From Octopus vulgaris (Eukaryota), in assembly GCA_951406725.2 (NCBI GenBank), contig OX597816.1:145328001-145392000 (forward strand): a DNA stretch of 64,000 nt, written 5' to 3'. The notes beneath the pieces are model-generated. The model made no database searches, had not been told where the DNA came from, and saw nothing but the letters and a program-made list of their open reading frames with translations. Below are positions 54,550 through 64,000 of this stretch, one piece after another; position 1 is the first letter of the stretch, and the number at the start of each line of letters is the position of its first letter. Both the position numbers and the translations under genes were made by a program.

Positions 54550-54790
54550 TTTCGAATCCACTTTGGAAACTTTCAACAGAGCATTGGTGTTCTCACTTCT
54601 CAAAGTTGCTGTTGCCTTACTATCTTAACAAATCTTTGTCCTCGGAGAGTGCTTTGTTTTTTGAATCGATGAAATTGATATCGAGAAGCACTAGATCTGA
54701 GCTGTTCAAAGGATGGAGCACCCTTCACCAGCACGGTTTTTCAAGAGGTCAATGACTGCATGCTACTTTCATCGTGGAACCCATTATTTG
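54550..54790 (-). mobile_element. Decayed mariner transposase C-terminal fragment
   Basis: VLHPLNSSDLVLLDINF..KALRGQRF (compare VLxHPPYSPDLxPxDF...LRGxRF). Confidence 0.55.
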
Positions 54791-54952
54791 TCTGCAACAA
54801 AAAGAACAGAAAGAAGAATTAATACAGAAATAGCGTTTCTCTACATGTAGATTTTCTATAGCCTGTACCAGCTAATAATGTCATGCCGACGTTAGCGTTT
54901 CTTTCGATACACTATTCATGTCTGTGTGTATTTCAGAGAACGAGTGTGATAG

Positions 54953-54999
<47 letters not shown>

Positions 55000-55003
<4 letters not shown>

Positions 55004-56248
55004 CAAAACAAATCAAAATAGATGAACATCAATGGAATTTGTATCTTTGTGGTACCAGTGCCGGTGGCACACAAGAATCCATCCGAACGTGGCCGTAGTC
55101 AGTACCGCTTGTGGTACCAGTGCCGGTGGCACACAAGAATCCATCTGAACGTGGCCGTAGTCAGTACCGCATCACTGGCCATCGTGCTGTGGGCACATAA
55201 CAAACACCATCCGGTCGTGGCCGTTCGCCAGCCTCATCTAGCACCTGTGTCGGTGGCACATAAAAACACCATCCGAAGACCCGGCAAGACTAGTCAGGCC
55301 ATAAACCATGGCCCCTACCTGGGACGTAGTCAGTCCACCTGTGCATACCTTCCTCCTTGTGATACTTGTGAAGGCCTGTTGAGGCAAGTGAAAATCAAAA
55401 TCAAAATCAAATCAAAACAAATCAAAATAGATGAACATCAATGGAATTTGTATCTTTGTGGTACCAGTGCCGGTGGCACACAAGAGAAAACCATCCGAAA
55501 GTGGCCGTAGCCAGTACCGCATCGACTGGCCTCCGTGCTGTGGGCACATGACAAACACCATCCGATCGTGGCCGTTCGCCAGCCTCATCTAGCACCTGTG
55601 TCGGTGGCACATAAAAACACCATCCGAAGACCCGGCAAGACTAGTCAGGCCATAACCCATGGCCCCTACCTGGGACGTAGTCAGTCCACCTGTGCATACC
55701 TTCCTTCTTGTGACACTTGTGAAGACCTGTTGAGGCAAGTGAAAATCAAAACAAATCAAAATAGATGAACATCAATGGAATTTGTATCTTTGTGGTACCA
55801 GTGCCGGTGGCACACAAGAAAATCATCCGAACGTGGCCGTAGCCAGTACCGCATCGACTGGCCTCCGTGCTGTGGGCACGTAACAAGCACCATCCGATCG
55901 TGGCCGTTTGCCAGCCTCATCTGGCACCTGTGTCGGTGGCACATAAAAATACCATCCGAGCGTGGCCGTCTGCCAGCCTCGTCTGGCACCTGTGTCGGTG
56001 GCACATAAAAAACACCATCCGAGCGTGGTCGTTTGCCAGCCTCGTCTGGCGCCTGTGTCGGTGGCACATAAAATCACCCACTACACTCTCGGAGTGGTTG
56101 GCGTTAGGAAGGGCATCCAGCTGTAGAAACACTGCCAGATCTGACTGGCCTGGTGCAGCCTTCGGGCTCCCCAGACCCCAGTTGAACCGTCCAACCCATG
56201 GTAGCATGGAAAGCGGACGTTAAATGATGATGATGATGATGATGATGA
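55000..56248 (+). mobile_element. RTE-type 3' UTR in three tandem units, ending in (GAT)n
   Basis: Units start AAATCAAAACAAATCAAAATAGATGAACATC at ~55000, ~55409 and ~55743; only the last has the terminal segment and tail. Confidence 0.8.
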
Positions 56249-56313
<65 letters not shown>

Positions 56314-56314
56314 G

Positions 56315-56401
<87 letters not shown>

Positions 56402-56418
56402 GTATATATATATATGTA

Positions 56419-56473
<55 letters not shown>

Positions 56474-57294
56474 ATGTGTGTATTGATTAACATACAACTT
56501 GTATTACAGGACACTGTATTCGTTAGCCGCAGAATAATTAGGAAGTAAATTTGTGGCGTTTTTCGGGACTATTTTCTGCATATTGTGGTGATGTGCAGCA
56601 TACATGGTCGCAAAAATATCTTGTCTCCTTTGCTCTTCACTGTAACACGCATTTTCTTTTCTCCAACCATTCAGTAAACACTGCATGTTTGTATGTATAA
56701 ATGTATATATATATATATATATATATATACATAAAGATAATGTCTGGACGTGTGAATGATTGTATGTGCGTACTTAGATAAGTAAGTTAAACAGGCTTAC
56801 ATATGGGAAGAAACATTTCGTTCACTTGGCTTTACTGGTCTGTTGTACTTATCAGTAAATTGAATTGAATGTGCTGATAACTGTTACGTTTAATCAATCA
56901 AATTTTGTTATGCAACGGGCCACTGCAACACGTTCTATTTCAGATATATGGAAGATTTCATGGGACATTTAACAGATGTTCAGAAGTATAGATATCTTCT
57001 CAGAATAAAAAATGAGCTAACCAGTCCTAGTTAAGTTATCATTTAGTAATTGATTCAAGGTGTCTGATATATATCTTACTGAGAAGGCTCGCGACCTTTG
57101 CCTCTCTAAATTGTGGAAGGTTGATCTATTTTATTCCAATCCGCCGTCAAAACACCAAATTCGTCATTATATATCGGAATATTCTCGCATCTGCTGTATT
57201 AACTATAGCAATAGATATTCATTACCTGAATGCACAGTGAATACAAGTAAATGCCAATTCTTCTGTTCCACTCATGTATGCAAAATACAGAAGA

Positions 57295-57367
<73 letters not shown>

Positions 57368-57470
57368 GTCTATCTATCTATCTATCTAGCTAGCTAGCTA
57401 GCTAGCTATCTGTCTATCTATCTATCTAACCACCTAGCTAGCAAGCTAACTATCTAACTATCTATCTGTG
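57295..57470. repeat. (TCTA)n/(GCTA)n microsatellite
   Basis: Direct reading. Confidence 0.95.
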
Positions 57471-59289
57471 TGTTTGAGAGAGAGAGAGAGAGAAAATCAG
57501 AGACAAACAGACAGAGGGAGTGAGAGAGAGAGAACGAGACAACAGAGAAAGAGATAGAGATAGATGTCACGTCTTGCGGAAGAACACATCTCGTCGCTCA
57601 GTTAATGGGACCGTGAATCCATACGCCACGCACTCGGCCACGAAGCTGTCAGCACAATGAACGTACATGATCTCCCTACTGAGTTGATTATGAGTGTCTG
57701 CCTTGTGCTTGTGCAACTCTTTCTCCTTCCTGTTACCACATGCAAGATTCCCGAAAGGATGTCAAGTTCTTTTTGCAACTACATTACCATCTGGAGACAT
57801 CATATCCGTTCAAATGATGGATATAGATGGTTTACACAGACAGACACACACACTCTCTCTCTCTCACTTTCGCTCCTTCTCTCTCTGTCTCTGTCTGTCT
57901 GTCTGTCTGTCTCTTTTACTGTCACACACACCACATATACGCGTGCGCGCAACTCTACATAGATGGATTTTTGATTGAAATTGATCGTTTATCTAACGAA
58001 GCCTGCAGCTTCTTCTTACTAGTTCTTTGTCTACTGCTATTGTAAAGTTGTATGATTCTAATGAAATTCTTGTACAATAAGGATAAAATAGTCATAAGTT
58101 TATTATTGTTGACGTCTTTCTTCTCACCCTTTTCATGCAGTCGTATCATCGTAACTTTAATCCTTAAATCAGAGTATGTTTCCTCCTGGAGAATAAGTTA
58201 AAAATTCCGTCACTTAATCCGAAAACAGGATTAAAATATGTTCTGTTATTGCTGATTTTTGTCCACGAGCGTATTATCTATTGAGCCTAAGGGATTACAT
58301 GTCCATTATATACACTGTCGTCTAAAATCGAAAGAAAATTCACTCATTTTAACAGTAAACTGAAAGCCCTGAATCCGCAAGACGCAAGCTTAAAGAAACG
58401 AGCTGCGATCAGGTGTTTGAACAGATTGCACTACCTTACGTTCAGGATCCTCAGACTAACACACTAAAAGCTAGGTGTTAATGTCTGCGCGTGTGCAAGT
58501 TAGTATTAAATTAACTCTAAAGCCACAAATCACTCTAATTTAATGACTGACAAAGAGAAGTATGTCCCTAGCATATGAAGCCGTATCGCGATTTCGAATG
58601 TTGGTGCTGACATCTTAATTCTCATCAGCGGCTTTCAATACCTAGGGTTAAACTCAACTTCCTCTACTAATCATATAAGAAACACCGTTTAAATCATATG
58701 CTGATTTTATAAACGGTGTGAGTGTAAACAACTATAAATTCTCTCAAATTATTACCATGTTGGATTTCATCACGAAGGAAACCATCTTGATGAGGGGGGC
58801 ATTGTGTTTCTGTATTTGGAATATTTAAAACGCCACTAATACATTTATTGTACCCCTAAAACGGCCGCAGATGATATCCTTTACCCAAATTCACCTGAAT
58901 CTGTATATATTTATTTTTTCTCCCTATGTATATACCTAATTTCGTCCGAATTTTAAAATTTTGAACTCTCATCTGACATTCGTATAAACATCAAATTCTA
59001 AATAGATTCGAACAGTTCGTTTGGAAGCCTTTACTTCGAATTTTTATCTCTTTATTTGTCACTTCTCTATTCGATACCTGAACCCAACGTTCATCATGCA
59101 TAGTTTTCACATATGAGTTTTACATATAAATTTAAATGTATATTTATTTCGTTGTGTGCTTCAAATTATGCTTTGGAATTGATATTCATTACCTAGATGC
59201 GTTCCTTCCATAATCTCCCTTATGTATATAAATGCATACATACATACATACACATACACACATACACGCGTGCCCCCCACATATATACG

Positions 59290-59415
59290 AGACGGACTCC
59301 TTTCATTTTCTGTCTACCAAATTCCATGCAGAGTTTGGTTGCTTCGTGGCTATAACAGAAGGCACTCGCTCAAGGTGACACGCAGTGAGACTGAACCCAG
59401 AAGCATGTGGTTTGG
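59290..59415 (-). mobile_element. Degenerate SINE head
   Basis: Homologous to 19631-19797. Confidence 0.7.
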
Positions 59416-59686
59416 AAGCAAGCTTCATACCACATAACCAAACACACACGCACACACACACATACACACACACACATATATATAATTATATATATATATA
59501 TATAATTTTATATATATATATATATGTATATATAATTTTATATATATATATATATATATGTATATAATTTCATATATATATATGCACTCGTGCTAAAAGC
59601 ATTTTTAAATGGCGGTGCCCCAGCATGGCCACAGCTTGTGAGCTGAAACTAAGTAAAAGTAAAGAAAAATTATAAAAAAAAAATAA

Positions 59687-59737
<51 letters not shown>

Positions 59738-61649
59738 CACATGCACTATATATTCGCATGCTCAATTGCCGCATATATACACATCGTTGTAGTTCATAAT
59801 TGTCTATATAAGCTGTATAGTGAAATGTATAGGCTCTATAATCTTCTCTCTGAGTGTTTACGTGTATTGTATTATATGCGATTATAAGTGTTTGTATGTG
59901 TGGATACTTGTTTCTGTGAGTTTGTAAATAGGTGAGAAATACTTAGAAATAAATGTGTTCTATTTCTGAATATTTCTTTTCGGTGTGAGTATTGAAGCAA
60001 TTTCACCCTAGAGGCATCAATTTAGATTAAGACTTTAAATTGAAGCCAATCTTTTGCATCTCGCACTTTCAAACCCCAAAACATTTTTAACTAAATCACC
60101 ATGTTTCTGTACGCTGTCAACCGTAATAGCATGTTGAAAGTAAAGCCAAATTCCTAGGAGATAAGAAGGATAACGAAGCAGGAAAGATAATTTAGGGTGA
60201 GTAGTAAGAGTCTTTTCCATCTTCTTTACCTGCACGTGTTTTGTGTCTATCTATTATCTATACAATAGTTTCAATGGTTTCATCTCTGTTAGTCTTTAGG
60301 CGTATTGATAGGTACATACATACATACAGACATACATACACACATACATATATGTGAGTATGTATTTGTGTATGTATACAGATATATGTATGCCTCTGTG
60401 TGTGATTATTGTGTATATATATATATATATATATATCTGTCCTATCGAGCTCTATATATAAATGCTTATTTCCACGTTAAGTTATAAAGGCAATTTTACA
60501 TTAAAATGATGCATTACACTATACTTTTGGTAGTGTACGAATTTATTATTTTTTAACAAGAATAGTACTTACATTAATTTCTAAGTTTCACTCAGTTAAA
60601 TCATCATCGGCCTGTAATACTTTGAAGTTCATCTTTTTTTTATACAGACTCTAAAGTTAAATATTTCTCTGGCAGGTGGATCTCCGCTGAATGATAAATA
60701 GGTTGTAGGATACGCTGCGCTGATGGTGGTGAGGTTGATTAAATTCACACTTGTGTTATTGCTCAGAGTTTAAATTATGTTATTGTTCAGAATTCATTCA
60801 TGCACATGAGGTTTCTACTCAGGCGTGTCTATTTATGTGCGCTAGCTTGAGGTCATAGGGTCGATGTTTAGGGGTTCTCAAAAGAATGAGCATAGGTGAA
60901 AGTGTTACTTGGTCAGCAGATATGTAACTACGTTTAGATATTGTTGATTTTACTTGGAGACCAGTGAATGTTAATGTGTGTATGTGCATATGTATGTATA
61001 TACATACATGCTTGTATGTAAATACATACATGTATGTATAAGTTTATACATATGTATACACCCACACGCACGCGCGCACACACACACACGGTTCAATATA
61101 ACTAGCCTAAAAAGGTAACTTGTACATGCATTATACGTAATAATGCAAACGATAATTAAAACGTACTTCATAGTCGTCCAGAAAGGTGTGCGTCAAGACT
61201 TTTTCGACATAACTACTATAAATTAAAATTTTATATACACGCTGAATATTTTCTCGTACCGCTGCTTTGAAATACTTGTGTTATCAAATGGGAGAATTAA
61301 ACATTGACGAAAAAAACTTAAACGGTTCAAATTAGTTTTAGATCTAAGAGTTAGAATTGAAAGAAAAGAATGGAATAGCAATACGATGGCGGAAAGACAA
61401 AAAGAAAATATGATAGGCGAATGAAGCAGCCAGTCTGTAACAGTATTGCAAAGCTACATTGTTGGAATATAAATGTCAAAATGGAATTCACATTGTCAGC
61501 TTCAGAAATGACTTGCATGTTTATATTGCTGTGCTTCTAGGTTGTACTAGTAATTTTCATGTTACTTGGTTGCTTTCTTTTTCTGAAAATCCCAGCTTTT
61601 CCAGATTGTTTCATAGTCATTTACTCACGATATCACTTGCAGCATAAAT

Positions 61650-62760
61650 GTAAATATACATTCTTTATGCAGAAACTACAGGTTTTGGTTTTGAAGCGAT
61701 TGTCCATATTTATTTTCCTTCTTTTGATTCTCGGATAACTATTTACATCAATATGGCTGCAGATGCGTATGACGGCTCATAATTTCTCTTGTCTGAACCG
61801 AACAACCATATCTGGCCTGCTACGTGTGCTCTTGGTAAACGTTTTGATCGGGATGTTCCACCGATATTTCTTGGGTTATTGCTTATGCCTGTATTTAAGA
61901 TTAATTTAACATCTCTATTTTGGAGGGCCTTGTCTATTATTTTAGCGACATTGTAGTGTGGCATTGGGTAATATTAACTTGGTGACATTCTTGCAGAATC
62001 TGATCACTTGAATGATGTTTTCTAAAGAATTATGACATAGTCGATATATTCGTTTGCCTCTTGGGACTCCTCAGTCTTCATTGAATGTTTTATATATTGT
62101 TTATTTTTTCGTAGTAACTTCCCTCTCTTGCATTGCAAAGGCGTAGCCTTCAAATGCGTGATATGATGTAGCGGTCATGTGTCCAAGAAAGGCTGTAGTA
62201 CGTGTTGCTATTACCTTCCAATCAGCTGAAAGCATAACCAATCATAATAATTTTTAGCTTTGGTATACTGAAGGCTTCACATACAGGTCTTCTTTGTAGT
62301 AAGTTAATCAACCGGCTCTGGATTGTTTGTTAGGTTGTCAAGAATTAAAGTGCTTCTGAGAAGCTCACTGCCCACAAGTAGGATTTCTATTTAACTTGCT
62401 GCTTCTCTTTAGCAGGTGCTGTCTGAGGAAGATTGTACGACCTTCAATTGCTTTCTGACCGATCTTAAATCTCAACCTCTTTCCTATCTTCTTGGATAGA
62501 GCAATTCGATATCGCTGTCTCTGTGAAATTTGCCAATTAACGCCAGGACCATGTAGGTTTTAATGTCTCTGCGGACGATTTTCTCTAAAAACCAGTCAAG
62601 TATCTCTAATGTTGGTATCAGCATTAGAACTGTAGATTCATTACAGGTTATTCTCTTGTAAGAAGGGAGTTCCAACTGAAGAATGGTTTTACGTCTGATG
62701 AATTATTCTCGGGTGACTATCCTTATTCACAGTGCATTTATGTGGTATCTTTTCATCGGT
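61650..62760 (-). mobile_element. Highly decayed RTE-like LINE (EN to RT)
   Basis: EILDWFL...RRDIKTYMVL...FHRDSDIELL (compare APE IDYIL...SDH); IPIKTFT and HTHLQ near 61760-61860 (compare ISPKLFT, HL.FADD). Confidence 0.5.
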
Positions 62761-63884
62761 GTCTTAGTATTTGTAGCATTATTTGTATGGAACGGAGGAG
62801 ATAGAGAGATAATTGAAATACAGACTTTGGTTTCCGGGGACTAATTTTCCACGTTCAAAAATCAAATATTAAATATTGTTGCGTTTTAGCAATATAAATT
62901 TTAAGCATAAACCAGATCATTTACAAAAGTATTGTGAGTTACATTGGCATCTTTAGCAGTCGCAGACCCACGCATGTAGACTCTCAACGTTCATAACAGA
63001 ATGATAGTGGATTTGATGCCGTATTAAACAGAAATGCAGAAAAACTAATACTCGGAATATCTCCTTTAATTTTCCACTCTCTTTTGTATGAGCAAAAATT
63101 GTTGCCTAGGTCGATGTGATCTAACTTAGCTTTTACATATGCTAAGTGTAGAGACTTGAATAACCATCACTTGGAAGTAAAGTGCAATGTTCTCTTATAA
63201 TCAAGCCATTCTGTCACAAGTTTTTGAAGTGTTTCCTTCTTTCTACACTAAAGCATTGTTTATTAAATGTTGTTGAATATCTCTAGTAGTCTCCCTTCCT
63301 TCTATCAGTCATTGTGTTGTCCAGTTCAAAAGAGACAACTTGAGTACAACTGGTACATAACGTTTAAGTAAGCCCTGGACAGGCGTAACATATTACAGGC
63401 TATGAAACTTGATATAGTGATTTACTAGAAGTAAAATATAAACATACTTTTGCAAATCATAAAAATGTCAGTCGTGTATAAATTCGGTTAAACCAAATTT
63501 ACAGTTTCTTTATGCTAAGTCTAATTTGATTCAAGTTTATACCTTGGTTATATAAATTATCAAAACACACACATACACACACCAGCACGCATAAACACAC
63601 ACACATTAAAGGCTCTCCGTAAAATGTACCCCTTATGTAGCAGAATTCAACTCATAGGTCTCCTTCACCCTTCGATACCACTTTACATTATGTAGTTTGT
63701 GTGGAGCTATGTTGAAACTTTCGGGATCGATTGCCTATAATATAGTGTCGATGGCAGTACAGTATTCTTATCAAACTGTATTTAGTGAGAGTGCGTTAAA
63801 TTTCAAATTTGTTTTTATCATTCCACAGAATGATTCAAGAACTTCTTGAGAGGGGACTTTGGTAACTGCGAAATTTTTCTTCCA

Positions 63885-63898
63885 TGTATGTATGTGCG

Positions 63899-63932
<34 letters not shown>

Positions 63933-64000
63933 TGTATGTATGTATGTATGTATGTATGTATGTATGTATGTATGTATGTATATATGTATGTACGTGTATG
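63885..64000. repeat. (TATG)n microsatellite
   Basis: Direct reading. Confidence 0.95.

Noticed and set aside
55000-56100. Regularly spaced repeats resembling a CRISPR array
   Set aside because: The intervening sequences are themselves repeated, there are no cas genes, the context is eukaryotic, and the block ends in a LINE-type (GAT)n tail
56504-56686. Possible small minus-strand exon (also 60035-60235)
   Set aside because: No recognisable domain and splice signals are not convincing

Overview
AT-rich eukaryotic DNA, very probably octopus or another cephalopod. That assignment is inferred from the SINE, RTE and Penelope repeat types and the extreme (TA)n/(CA)n/(TCTA)n/(AAT)n content. Almost all ORFs in the track are microsatellite translations. 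The only clear host coding sequence is a ~2 kb minus-strand exon (36.8-38.8 kb) for a repetitive beta-propeller-like (NHL/TolB-type) protein, with a 1-bp frameshift near its end. The rest is a transposon mosaic: Penelope-like elements (PLEs), tRNA-derived SINEs, CR1 and RTE LINE pieces, Tc1/mariner relics, a hAT MITE, a Gypsy fragment and Helitron-like ends. The most striking hidden structure is a dense set of about 16 type I hammerhead ribozyme (HHR) motifs from roughly 9 sequence families, lying in PLE 3' ends inserted in or beside (TA)n/(AAT)n tracts. Five of these elements are fold-back palindromes of 0.23-5.9 kb, and in each one arm carries a 70-95 nt unpaired extension. Two PLE/flank junctions have also been copied locally. 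All motif calls were made by eye, and coordinates of degenerate repeats are approximate.
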